Source of the DNA: Actinomycetota bacterium
GTDB lineage: Bacteria; Actinomycetota; Acidimicrobiia; Actinomarinales; Actinomarinaceae
Assembly (NCBI GenBank): GCA_036163695.1
Contig: JAYZKG010000020.1
Span: 1-50,232 of the forward strand
Direction: 5' to 3'
DNA: 50,232 nucleotides
Under the pieces are notes generated by a model. The model was given only the letters and a program-made list of their open reading frames with translations. It was not told where the DNA came from and ran no database searches. The position numbers were made by a program, and so were the translations under genes. Position 1 is the stretch's first letter, and each line of letters starts with the position of its first letter. Below, one piece after another: positions 23,994-32,987 of the stretch.

Positions 23994-24729
23994 ATCAGAA
24001 TTTATAGATATCAAAATTGAATCTGGTGTATGTACTGTAACAATGAATAGGCTAGAGAAAAAAAATGCAATCAATCCACAGTTTGCTGTAGAACTTTGTA
24101 ATGCGTGGGATACTATAGACAATAATGAAGAAGTAAGAGTTGGGGTATTGAAAAGTGGGGATACTAGCATTTTCTCTGCTGGTGCTGATCTAAAAGAACT
24201 AATCCCGTTAATAAAAGGTGAGATTGAACCAAGTAATGATTATGAAAAAGAACTAGAAATTGGAGATCTATTATTAAAAGCTTGGAGAAAAGATAAAGTA
24301 AGAACAAAACCATTAATAGGTGTGGCTAGTGGTTATTGTCTTGCAGGCGGGTTTGAACTCTTGCTGTGTTGTGACTTTAGATTAGTTGAAGAAAATACAG
24401 TTATAGGCTTTCCCGAATCTACCATAGGTCTACTTCCAATTGCAGGAGGAATATCTAGGATTGGCAAAGCTGTACCCAGACCAAAAGCACTAGAAATATT
24501 GTTAAATTCAGCAAATATAAACTTAGAAGAACTTCGAAATCTCGGTCTTATTAATGAGATTTTTCATATAGAAGAAATGGAAAATACTCTTCAAAAATAT
24601 ATTGATAAAATTCTAAAGAGTACCCCAGAATCTGTTGAAGTATTAATGAAGAACTTTGATAAAGTTACAACTTTAGATCTGGAGAAAAGCTTTTTGCTTG
24701 AGGAAGAACTCGGTAAAGAGTTGTTCTGA
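23983..24729 (+). CDS. Enoyl-CoA hydratase/isomerase (crotonase) family protein
   Basis: Crotonase motifs NRLEKKNAI, FSAGADLKE and GYCLAGGFELLLCCD. I chose the ATG at 23983 (MKNESEF...) because it is preceded by AAGGA. The track start at 23938 would overlap the MBL gene by 56 nt. Confidence 0.85.
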   Translation: MKNESEFIDIKIESGVCTVTMNRLEKKNAINPQFAVELCNAWDTIDNNEEVRVGVLKSGDTSIFSAGADLKELIPLIKGEIEPSNDYEKELEIGDLLLKAWRKDKVRTKPLIGVASGYCLAGGFELLLCCDFRLVEENTVIGFPESTIGLLPIAGGISRIGKAVPRPKALEILLNSANINLEELRNLGLINEIFHIEEMENTLQKYIDKILKSTPESVEVLMKNFDKVTTLDLEKSFLLEEELGKELF

Positions 24730-24735
24730 AATGAA

Positions 24736-25866
24736 CTAGATTCCTATAAGGGTCCCTACTTTATCTCTTGCATCTTTTGAGCTTCCAAGCATAAGACTAT
24801 CAGACTTGGCTCTTTTGAAGTAAAGGTGTGCTGGGTGTTCCCAAGTAAACCCAATACCGGCATGAATTTGAATATTGTCTCCAGAAATTTTATTGAACGC
24901 ATCTGAGCAGTAAGCCCTAGCAATATTAGCATTCATCTCAAATTCGACTAAATCTTCTGATGAGCTTCTACATGCTGCATATGCTGTAGACTTTGCACTT
25001 TCAAGTTGTAGTAGCATATCTGCACATAAATGCTGCACAGCCTGAAAAGAGCCTATAGGTCTACCAAACTGTATTCTGTCTTTTGCATACTGAACGCTCA
25101 TTTCTATACAAGCAGTAGCTCCTCCGACTTGTTCAATTGACAGAGCTGAAGTGGTAAGAAGTAGCATTTTCTTCCATGATTTGTTCAGCTCTTCACCGGT
25201 CAAAATTATATTATCACTACCTAATTCAACATTATTAAACTCGACTGAAGCCAAAGGTCTTGTTTGATCAAGGGATGTTGTTGGTGTACAAACAACACCT
25301 TCTGTATCTGAATTAACTAAAACTAAAAGCTCAGAATTTTCAAAAGTAGCAACAACCAGAAAGTAGTCTGATGAATCTCCAAAAAGTACATATTCTTTTT
25401 TTCCATTAAGAATATATCCATCTTTTTGCTTTTCGATACTGGACTTTACTGTTGAGGTATCATCCCATCTTGTGTTCGACTCACTATAAGCTACAGCACC
25501 AATCTTCTCTCCTGAAATAATTTCATTTAATACATCTTCTCTTCCTGAATCTAGGATTAAATTCTTAAACATAACACCTGAACTCAAGAAAGGGACAATT
25601 GGTAAATAGTATCCAAGAGCTTCATGAAGTATGCTCTGTTCAATAAAGCTAAACCCGACTCCACCTTCTTCTTCTGATATATCTAATGCTAACCAGCCTT
25701 GGTCTGCAATCAGCTTCCATAGGTCTCTGTCTAGCCTCAAGTCACTAGAAACCTGTTCAATCAGTTTCTGATTATCTAAGTTTTCTTTAAGAAGTCTTTC
25801 AGCATTTTCTTTTACTTCTATTTGTTGTTCGTCTAACAAGAACTGCATGAATAGTATTGTATACAA
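24736..25866 (-). CDS. Acyl-CoA dehydrogenase family protein
   Basis: 376 aa with the typical ACAD layout: N-terminal helical domain, middle beta domain, and a C-terminal region RIQFGRPIGSFQAVQH...IHAGIGFTWEHP. Confidence 0.85.
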   Translation of the reverse strand: MYTILFMQFLLDEQQIEVKENAERLLKENLDNQKLIEQVSSDLRLDRDLWKLIADQGWLALDISEEEGGVGFSFIEQSILHEALGYYLPIVPFLSSGVMFKNLILDSGREDVLNEIISGEKIGAVAYSESNTRWDDTSTVKSSIEKQKDGYILNGKKEYVLFGDSSDYFLVVATFENSELLVLVNSDTEGVVCTPTTSLDQTRPLASVEFNNVELGSDNIILTGEELNKSWKKMLLLTTSALSIEQVGGATACIEMSVQYAKDRIQFGRPIGSFQAVQHLCADMLLQLESAKSTAYAACRSSSEDLVEFEMNANIARAYCSDAFNKISGDNIQIHAGIGFTWEHPAHLYFKRAKSDSLMLGSSKDARDKVGTLIGI

Positions 25867-25928
25867 CTTTTAAAAATTTTCCTATAAAGATTAAGTTAAA
25901 AGATACCTATTCTTATATTTAGGAGCAT

Positions 25929-26654
25929 ATGTTAAAAATAAACAATTTGAAGGCATCTGTAGACGGAAAAGAAATCCTTAAAGGTATTAACCTTGAAATC
26001 AATCCGGGAGAAGTCCATGCAATAATGGGCCCAAATGGCTCTGGTAAATCAACTCTTGCAAACGTACTAATGGGGAACCCTATATATGAGGTTACCGATG
26101 GGACTGTTGAATACATGAAAGAAGATATCACAGAAGAACCTGCTGATAAAAGAGCTCACAAAGGTATGTTTATGGCATTTCAATATCCAGAAGCAATTCC
26201 AGGAGTAACCATTGTCACAATGTTAAAAGCTGCATTGTCGAATATAACTGAAACTGAATACACAACCTTAGAGCTGAGACTTAAGGTTGCAGATGCAATG
26301 AAGGACTTGGGATTAGAGCCAGACTTTGTTGATAGATATTTGAATGAAGGATTCTCAGGTGGAGAAAGAAAAAGAAATGAAATACTCCAATTAGCGGTAT
26401 TGGAACCGAAATTATCCATCCTTGATGAAACGGATTCAGGACTAGATGTAGATGGATTAAAAATAGTAGGGGAAGGTGTGGATAAACTAAGAAGTGATGA
26501 AAGGTCATATTTAATTGTTACTCACTATCAGAGATTATTAAACTATATAAAACCCGACTTTGTTCATGTTTTTATTGACGGAAAAATAATTGAAACAGGT
26601 GATTATGAATTATCACAAAAGCTAGAACAAGAAGGTTATGATTCATATATATGA
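25929..26654 (+). CDS. sufC: Fe-S cluster assembly ATPase SufC
   Basis: 241 aa, close to collinear with my recollection of E. coli SufC (GEVHAIMGPNGSGKSTL, FMAFQYP, GFSGGERKRNEILQ, IVTHYQRLLNYIKPD). AGGAG Shine-Dalgarno sequence upstream. Confidence 0.95.
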   Translation: MLKINNLKASVDGKEILKGINLEINPGEVHAIMGPNGSGKSTLANVLMGNPIYEVTDGTVEYMKEDITEEPADKRAHKGMFMAFQYPEAIPGVTIVTMLKAALSNITETEYTTLELRLKVADAMKDLGLEPDFVDRYLNEGFSGGERKRNEILQLAVLEPKLSILDETDSGLDVDGLKIVGEGVDKLRSDERSYLIVTHYQRLLNYIKPDFVHVFIDGKIIETGDYELSQKLEQEGYDSYI

Positions 26655-27874
26655 TAAAAGTAGAAGAAATAAAAAAAGACTTCCCCATTTTTCAAAGAGA
26701 AATAAATAACGCTCCTCTAGTTTATTTGGATTCTGGAGCAACCTCACAAAAACCAAAACAAGTCCTTGATGCTATGAATAATATTTATACAAGGTCAAAT
26801 GCGAATGTTCATAGAGGAACTTATGTTCTATCTGCTGAAACTACTGAAGCATACGAAGATGTTAGGAATAAATGTAAAACCTTTATAAATGCACCTTCTT
26901 CTGATGAAATAATTTTTACAAGAGGAACAACTGATGGGTTTAATTTTTTAGCACAAGCTCTTACAAAATCTGTTCTAGAAGCTGGCGATGAAATTTTATT
27001 GTCTGAAATTGAGCATCATGCAAATATAATTCCTTGGCAACTAGTTGCTAAGGAATATAATCTTGAAGTGAACTATGTAGAAGTTGATGATAATTTTGAA
27101 ATTAGCCTAGATGATCTCAAGTCAAAAATAAGTAGTAAAACAAAAATAATTTCCCTAACTGGCGAATCAAATATTGCTGGGACAATCCCAAATATAAAAG
27201 AGATTAGCGCAATAGTGAGAGACGAATCAGATGCTCTATTTATTGTTGACGGTGCTCAATTAGTTCCTCATCGAGCTGTTGATGTTCAAGATATGGGAAT
27301 TGACTTTTTAACATTTTCAGGTCATAAAATGCTTGGTCCAACAGGGATTGGAGTGGTCTGGGGAAAAGGTGAGCTCCTTAATAAAATTGAGCCAGTTTTT
27401 GGTGGTGGAGATATGATAGAAGAAGTATATTTTGATAGAGCTAATTGGGCACCTATACCACATAAATTTGAAGCTGGAACCCCACCGTATGTTGAAGCCA
27501 TTGGGCTTGGTGCAGCAATTGACTATCTAGAATCCATTGGAATGGAGAATGTGGAAAAACACTCAGATGAGTTGAGAAGCTACGGTAAAGACTTAATTAG
27601 CAATATAGAGGGTATAAACCTAATACACTCAACTGCACCAAAAGCTGGTTGTACATTCAGTATGTATCTGGATGGAGTTCATGCAACTGATTTATCTGTA
27701 ATGCTAGATACTTATGGTGTTTCAGTAAGAGCAGGGCATCATTGTGTACAACCTTTTCATAGGAAAATGGGTATAGATGCTACATTTAGAGCTACTTGTT
27801 ACATTTATAATGACGAAAAAGATTTAGATATCTTAAAAATAGGTCTCGAGAAATCCCTAGAAATATTAACTTAG
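26651..27874 (+). CDS. sufS: Cysteine desulfurase SufS (group II)
   Basis: 407 aa with HHANIIPWQ, the PLP-lysine region SGHKMLGPTGIGV and the active-site motif RAGHHCVQP. ATGA overlap with sufC. Confidence 0.95.
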   Translation: MIKVEEIKKDFPIFQREINNAPLVYLDSGATSQKPKQVLDAMNNIYTRSNANVHRGTYVLSAETTEAYEDVRNKCKTFINAPSSDEIIFTRGTTDGFNFLAQALTKSVLEAGDEILLSEIEHHANIIPWQLVAKEYNLEVNYVEVDDNFEISLDDLKSKISSKTKIISLTGESNIAGTIPNIKEISAIVRDESDALFIVDGAQLVPHRAVDVQDMGIDFLTFSGHKMLGPTGIGVVWGKGELLNKIEPVFGGGDMIEEVYFDRANWAPIPHKFEAGTPPYVEAIGLGAAIDYLESIGMENVEKHSDELRSYGKDLISNIEGINLIHSTAPKAGCTFSMYLDGVHATDLSVMLDTYGVSVRAGHHCVQPFHRKMGIDATFRATCYIYNDEKDLDILKIGLEKSLEILT

Positions 27875-27876
27875 AC

Positions 27877-28287
27877 ATGTCAATTGAGAACAAAGTAAAT
27901 AAATATAAAGAAATATTAAATATCTTACCAACACCCCAAGAAAAGTATGAGTATCTTGTTGACCAAGCAAAAAAATCTAGCGATTTCCCAGAAGAATTAA
28001 GACTGGATGAATTTAAGGTACCAGGATGCCAAAGCCAAGTATGGCTAGTGCCAGAAGAGAAAAGTGGTTGCCTTAATTTTCTTTGTGATTCTGACGCGTT
28101 AATAGCAAAAGGGTTAGTCAATATAATTACGGAAATATATTCTGGAGAAACCCCAGAAGCAATACACGAATCCGAGATAGATCTTATGGAGGAGTTTGAT
28201 TTAGGAGTTATATTAAGCCCGGCTAGAAGGAACGGTGCATTTAATATGCTTAAAAAGATAAAAGATTATGCTAAAGGGTTGACCTAA
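27877..28287 (+). CDS. sufE: Sulfur acceptor SufE
   Basis: 136 aa with the SufE cysteine loop VPGCQSQVWLV. It starts 2 nt after the sufS stop. Confidence 0.9.
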   Translation: MSIENKVNKYKEILNILPTPQEKYEYLVDQAKKSSDFPEELRLDEFKVPGCQSQVWLVPEEKSGCLNFLCDSDALIAKGLVNIITEIYSGETPEAIHESEIDLMEEFDLGVILSPARRNGAFNMLKKIKDYAKGLT

Positions 28288-28308
28288 TTTAGTTAATTTA
28301 TAAGAAGC

Positions 28309-29616
28309 TTACTTAGTAGGAACTGTCTTCCCAGTATTCCCATCTTCCAAAATTTCTGAATACCAACATCCAGGAGCAACCATATCAGCCTGATCATAAA
28401 ACGATGCATCGCCTTTCCATGATTCATAAGAGGCCATCAACTGTGTAACTGAAGCTTCAAGAGTTGACTTTACGCTTTCATGGAGGTAGTTCATTGGGCA
28501 ATAGTTGTTAAAATCTTTATTTCCACCACTACTCCCACTGCCCGCAACATATTTTCCAACTGTTATTTCTGTTCTACCAATTGCGTTTCCATCTCCATCT
28601 TCAAAGTTTCCAACATATCCAAGAAGATCTCCTGCTGTAACTGCCATCCCACTTGTTAACTCAACTCCGTTCACTGTTATAGGGTTGTCACAAATAATTC
28701 CAGCTGCTCTTTCACAACTAATGCTAACAATATGGTCTATAACTAATCTCCAGTCACTTCCCTCTCTTGGTTTAATGGTTAGCTCCCAATCGTCTTGTTT
28801 GTATCCTGAAGAAGGTTGCCATTGAATAAAGTCAACAATACCGTCTGCTGGGATGTATACTTTCGTATCCAAAGGTACCTTATATTCAAATGCTGGATTG
28901 TCATATGCATTAGGGGTTCCAGCTGAATGGACTCTACCAAACTCATCGAAATATATAAATTGCTTAGCTGTACTAAACTCAAAATCTCCAGAAACAGCTG
29001 AGGAAGAATCGTATGGCCCCCAATTCATAATCAATAAATTCTTTAACTGAGGAGGATCATCACTTCCTCCTGCATATCCACCGGAACCACCACCTGGCAT
29101 ACTTCCACCACCTGGCATACTTCCACCACCTGGCATACTTCCACCACCTGGCATACTTCCACCACTAAATCTTTGAGAATATTTCATCATCACCGTACCA
29201 TATGTAGGTGGAACGCTTTGCCATTCATTCTCTATAAATTCAAATAAATTTTTATACTCTTCAGTCATTTGGTCAGGGTATTCTTCGAAATAATTCACTA
29301 GATCATTTATATATACTTCTAATCTTTCGGCATAACCAAATACTATTCCTAGATTGTCACTGTATTGTTTTAAACATTCTTCTGATGTATTATCAATGTC
29401 TTTTGCATCATCACAAAGCTCAACAACTAACTTCGTATTGTAAATTTCTTGGATATCAAAATCAACCGTAGGAACAGGGGGTATATTAGCAACTGTTGTT
29501 GTGGTAGTTTCTTGAGCAGCTGTTGTGGTAGTTTCTTGAGCAGCATCTACTCCATCAGAAGTTGTTCCCCCGCAAAATGCAAGCAAGAGAACTAAAATAA
29601 GTAATCTAAGTCTCAT
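28309..29616 (-). CDS. Secreted lipoprotein with Thr-rich and (SMPGGG)n linkers and a C-terminal beta-rich domain (possibly a degenerate LytM/M23-like domain)
   Basis: I moved the start to the ATG at 29616, giving MRLRLLILVLLLAFCGG, a lipobox (LAFC). The protein contains AAQETTTT x2 and SMPGGG x4. The C-terminal segments VYIPADGIVDF and VTAGDLLGYVGN resemble the M23 barrel, but HxxxD and HxH metal ligands are not evident. Confidence 0.7.
   Translation of the reverse strand: MRLRLLILVLLLAFCGGTTSDGVDAAQETTTTAAQETTTTTVANIPPVPTVDFDIQEIYNTKLVVELCDDAKDIDNTSEECLKQYSDNLGIVFGYAERLEVYINDLVNYFEEYPDQMTEEYKNLFEFIENEWQSVPPTYGTVMMKYSQRFSGGSMPGGGSMPGGGSMPGGGSMPGGGSGGYAGGSDDPPQLKNLLIMNWGPYDSSSAVSGDFEFSTAKQFIYFDEFGRVHSAGTPNAYDNPAFEYKVPLDTKVYIPADGIVDFIQWQPSSGYKQDDWELTIKPREGSDWRLVIDHIVSISCERAAGIICDNPITVNGVELTSGMAVTAGDLLGYVGNFEDGDGNAIGRTEITVGKYVAGSGSSGGNKDFNNYCPMNYLHESVKSTLEASVTQLMASYESWKGDASFYDQADMVAPGCWYSEILEDGNTGKTVPTK
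29087..29166. repeat. Perfect 18-nt tandem repeat x4 plus a partial unit (ccaccacctggcatactt), coding for (SMPGGG)4
   Basis: Units at 29087, 29105, 29123 and 29141 are identical base for base. A partial fifth unit ends at 29166. The repeat is in frame within the lipoprotein gene. Confidence 0.95.
29497..29544. repeat. Perfect 24-nt tandem duplication (tgttgtggtagtttcttgagcagc), coding for AAQETTTT x2
   Basis: 29497..29520 and 29521..29544 are identical. The duplication lies just after the lipoprotein signal peptide. Confidence 0.95.
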
Positions 29617-29659
29617 ATACCTATAATACCTTATTAACTCAAAAAAATATATTGAAGAT

Positions 29660-30202
29660 ATGAAATACATATTCCCAAAGTTTAATTTAAGAAAAGCAAT
29701 TGTTATTGTTGTTAGTGTTTTTGTATTTATACAGATTTATTCAACGGAAAAAGACTATTTTGATCTTGGTCAACATGAAATTGCAAATACAGGGAAAAAA
29801 CAACAGATAAGTTTAAATATTCAGGAAATAGATTACCTAAAGATAACCATTGAAGAACACTACAAAGATAGTAGATATGAAAACTGTACTTTAGATAACA
29901 TCAAATTTATAGGTAACCTTAGGTCTGCTACAAGGATGCAAGTAAGAATTAGAGTTGAAGACCTGGAGACATCAAAAAGTTCAATTACTGAAAAAAAGTC
30001 TGAAGAGACTGAGCCAACAAGAAACTATAGTCAAAGACCTATAGCTTGGAAAACACTAAATGCGAATTGTAAAGGAGAGTATTTAATAGTGCATTTTGAA
30101 GAAAAGATAGATTTGCATTTTATTGAATTTGAAAAGTTAATTACGGATAATAATTTTGTCTCTAGCCTCCCACGTTTAGTCTCTATTGTTGTTGGAAGGT
30201 AG
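29660..30202 (+). CDS. Hypothetical membrane-anchored protein (no recognisable family)
   Basis: 180-aa ORF, which is long for this AT-rich DNA. It has an N-terminal TM helix (AIVIVVSVFVFIQIY). It is divergent from the lipoprotein gene with a 43-bp spacer. No clear Shine-Dalgarno sequence. Confidence 0.5.
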   Translation: MKYIFPKFNLRKAIVIVVSVFVFIQIYSTEKDYFDLGQHEIANTGKKQQISLNIQEIDYLKITIEEHYKDSRYENCTLDNIKFIGNLRSATRMQVRIRVEDLETSKSSITEKKSEETEPTRNYSQRPIAWKTLNANCKGEYLIVHFEEKIDLHFIEFEKLITDNNFVSSLPRLVSIVVGR

Positions 30203-30209
30203 AAATTAA

Positions 30210-30398
30210 CTATTTATTGTAAAGAAAATAAACTAACAGTGCAAAAATTAGATATAGAAGGTAGGTGAACTCTCCAACTATTTTCATAGTTTTTGTTTTC
30301 TTCATCCCATATTCTCCACAAAGTTCGCATGTTAAAAACATTCTCTTTGGGAGAAACCGTAGCCATACTGAAGAAGTAAGGCATCCTTTACAATCCAT
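30210..30398 (-). CDS. Small membrane protein. The 62-aa form has CxxC...CxxC plus a TM helix; the alternative 31-aa form starts at 30305.
   Basis: The full ORF starts 9 nt after the acylase stop and contains CKGC-x17-CELC followed by the TM helix EFTYLLYLIFALLVYFLY. The internal ATG at 30303..30305 has a good GGAGAA Shine-Dalgarno sequence. The two forms cannot be distinguished from sequence. Confidence 0.35.
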   Translation of the reverse strand: MDCKGCLTSSVWLRFLPKRMFLTCELCGEYGMKKTKTMKIVGEFTYLLYLIFALLVYFLYNK

Positions 30399-30407
30399 TA
30401 CTTATCT

Positions 30408-32906
30408 CTAAGGATTAAGGTACATAACTGACTTTTTATTTGCTTCGATTAATTCCCTACCAAAATATTGTGGGAGCATCTTGTTTTCAATCCAATTTTC
30501 TACTTGGTCATCGTAATATTTAGACATAACATGTCCTGACTGACCAGTAGGTAAAATAGTCAGTGAATTATCAAAGTTACTTAAATCAATTACCATCCTC
30601 ATCGAAGGATGTCCAAACTTATCAGCAATTGAATAGTCTCCATCAAAAGACCAGCCTGTAGCATTTATTGTATTTGCAGATCCACTCACTCCCAAAGGAC
30701 CAATGTCAACTAAAGCAGTTAGCGGCGCTATCCCTGCTTGGCCTAAAAGATTTGTAGAGTAAGTTATTGTATGTAGATCTCCCCATTCCCATTTCTTTGG
30801 ATTATCTCCTAACAAATTGATTATCTCAGTGTCTGCCAAATCAAAAACAATTGCCAATAGATCAGAGAGGTTCTCTTTCTTATCTGTACTCTTGTGATCC
30901 CACAATTCATGATTTGGATCCTTCAGCATAGTTCGTAAAATCTCTATAGTTGAGTCTGAATGTCCTGGATAAAGGTTGATTTCTTCACCACTACCGTCTA
31001 AAACAACTAGCTCATCAAAAGTTTCGTTCACCAAATTCTTAAGTAATACTGCCCATGCAGCTGCACCTGATGAATCAATATTCATTTCATACGGGGAATC
31101 ACTTGTTGTCCATTCTTTTAGCTCATTAAGAATCAATGAATCACTATATATTGCCTCAAATAAGTAAGGAAGTATGTATACAGGGGAATAATCATAATTA
31201 TCAATAAGCATATCCATTACATCTGGGACACTTATCTTTTCAGATAGTTTATTCTCAATTACCCTCTTAATTGATTGAGCTCTATATCCCTTATTGTGTG
31301 AATCTAGCCAAGGCTGATCAGGATGAATGGATTGGTTCGCAGTAATTATGTAGCCACTTACTGGGTTGAGACTATTGGGAAGACTCTCAAATGGAACAAA
31401 CCCCTTCCAATCGTTCGATGAGGTCCATCCTGCAATTGGATATTGCCCCGTATGCCCTTCCGCTCTTATCGGAACTAACCCGGGTGATTGATAAGCAATA
31501 TTGCCTTCAATGTCTGCATATAAAAGGTTCTGGGCAGGAACATGGAAATTTTTTGAAGCTTCTCTAAATTCTTCATAATTCCTCATGTAATTAAAATCCC
31601 TAATTGCTTGGAATGTCTTGCCTGGGTATAAAGCGGTCCAACTTAACGAAATTGCATAATTCTTTGGTAGTTCAATCCGAGATTGTTCTGAAAACTTAAG
31701 GTTATTTATCGGGTAGTCTCTATCAGATATTATTGGGCCATGATGTGTCTCTCTCACTTCAATAATTAATGGATCTTCATTAGGTCTGTAAATTATTTCA
31801 GTAAACCGATCCATATCTACCCAGCTCCCATCTACTTCGTACTGGTTTTCATTAGAAGGGTTAATTTTTTCTATATATAAATCTTGAACATCTGGGCCCA
31901 TATTTGTAAATCCCCAAGCGGAAGAACTGTTATGACCAATAATGACATATGGAGATCCTGCAAAAGAAAGACCTACAACATCTAAGGAACAACTAGGGCC
32001 GTATGGAAAGCAATGTAAACCGTTCTCATACCAAATAGGAGGTAATTGAGCAGATAGATGTGGATCATTGGCTAGTATTGGGTAACCTGACTCTGTATGT
32101 TCACCAGATATTGCCCAACTATTTGAACCAATTGAATCTGTATATCTCAAGTCTCTTGTTAGGTAAGAGATAAATAAAGCTTCAGGAATTTTTAAGTTGC
32201 TATTGGATGCAAAGCTTCCTGTACTCTCCCACTGCTCAACTATATATGGATGATCTTGGGGGAATATTGGTTTGAGTAAATTATTTATTGGATCAGACAA
32301 AGTTCCGAAAGTCCGAGCGTTTCTTATTTCAGCATCATAATTGCCATTTAAGTCGTAAGCCATCATTTTTGCCCAAGCTAAAGGATAGTGAGGAAGGTAC
32401 TCATCAACAACATAGTCAGGGTTAATAAAAGTCAAGAAAAAATGTTCTAGACTTAGCTTCCTTTGTGGTCTAGAAGCAATGTATGCATTTATTCCTTTTA
32501 CATACTGGACGAGATCATTTTTCATCTCTGGACTCATATCTTCATATTCTTTTTCTGCGACCCTATTAAAACCATAAGTTCTAAAAAGTAAGTCAGCGCC
32601 GATACCGGGCTCTCCTATCAAAGAAGCTAGACGACCTGTACTTAAATGGCTCCAAAACTCCAACTGCCAAAATCTATCCTGTGCATGAATATATCCTTGA
32701 GCAAAAAGAATGTCGTCAACATTAGTACCATAAATATGGGGAACACCTCTCTCGTCCCGAATTACTTCAACAGAGTCGTTCAGTCCCAATCCGCTAACAT
32801 TGTCAGAATGATCTGGTAGGGGTGATCTAAGCAAAACAAATCCAACTATTGGAATAACAATGACTAAACCAATTAATATCCTAAGTAATATTTTTAATAT
32901 TTTCAC
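30408..32906 (-). CDS. Penicillin acylase family (peptidase S45, Ntn hydrolase). Possibly an acyl-homoserine-lactone or beta-lactam acylase.
   Basis: 832 aa with an N-terminal signal/anchor MKILKILLRILIGLVIVIPIVGF. The autoprocessing/nucleophile site is GSNSWAISGEHTESGYPILANDPHL. Confidence 0.9.
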   Translation of the reverse strand: MKILKILLRILIGLVIVIPIVGFVLLRSPLPDHSDNVSGLGLNDSVEVIRDERGVPHIYGTNVDDILFAQGYIHAQDRFWQLEFWSHLSTGRLASLIGEPGIGADLLFRTYGFNRVAEKEYEDMSPEMKNDLVQYVKGINAYIASRPQRKLSLEHFFLTFINPDYVVDEYLPHYPLAWAKMMAYDLNGNYDAEIRNARTFGTLSDPINNLLKPIFPQDHPYIVEQWESTGSFASNSNLKIPEALFISYLTRDLRYTDSIGSNSWAISGEHTESGYPILANDPHLSAQLPPIWYENGLHCFPYGPSCSLDVVGLSFAGSPYVIIGHNSSSAWGFTNMGPDVQDLYIEKINPSNENQYEVDGSWVDMDRFTEIIYRPNEDPLIIEVRETHHGPIISDRDYPINNLKFSEQSRIELPKNYAISLSWTALYPGKTFQAIRDFNYMRNYEEFREASKNFHVPAQNLLYADIEGNIAYQSPGLVPIRAEGHTGQYPIAGWTSSNDWKGFVPFESLPNSLNPVSGYIITANQSIHPDQPWLDSHNKGYRAQSIKRVIENKLSEKISVPDVMDMLIDNYDYSPVYILPYLFEAIYSDSLILNELKEWTTSDSPYEMNIDSSGAAAWAVLLKNLVNETFDELVVLDGSGEEINLYPGHSDSTIEILRTMLKDPNHELWDHKSTDKKENLSDLLAIVFDLADTEIINLLGDNPKKWEWGDLHTITYSTNLLGQAGIAPLTALVDIGPLGVSGSANTINATGWSFDGDYSIADKFGHPSMRMVIDLSNFDNSLTILPTGQSGHVMSKYYDDQVENWIENKMLPQYFGRELIEANKKSVMYLNP

Positions 32907-32987
32907 TACTCTCTTTTCTCCAAAAAAGCTTATTTAATGAAGTATAAATCGTAAAGTATACATTTAATAACGAATTAGAATTTAAAC

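Noticed and set aside
723-28825. Remaining short track ORFs nested antisense or out of frame in larger genes (for example 723..977, 1445..1636, 4536..4724, 6990..7268, 7639..7821, 13599..13781, 13956..14318, 15229..15477, 16213..16410, 16867..17133, 17227..17412, 18632..18928, 19500..19754, 19895..20146, 20796..21132, 21902..22276, 22408..22639, 23961..24170, 25919..26131, 26180..26508, 27792..28121, 28505..29050)
   Set aside because: Each is fully contained in, or largely overlaps, a longer ORF with clear family motifs. None has a recognisable domain or ribosome-binding site.
29087-29166. Regularly spaced short direct repeats considered as a CRISPR array
   Set aside because: The units are contiguous with no spacers, are 18 nt long, are in frame and encode SMPGGG within a lipoprotein. 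No cas genes are present. This is a coding tandem repeat.
32937-32954. Mini-ORF MKYKS upstream of tnaA considered as a TnaC-like leader peptide
   Set aside because: It is only 5 codons with no Trp or the conserved TnaC residues, has no Shine-Dalgarno sequence, and such ORFs are expected by chance in AT-rich spacers.
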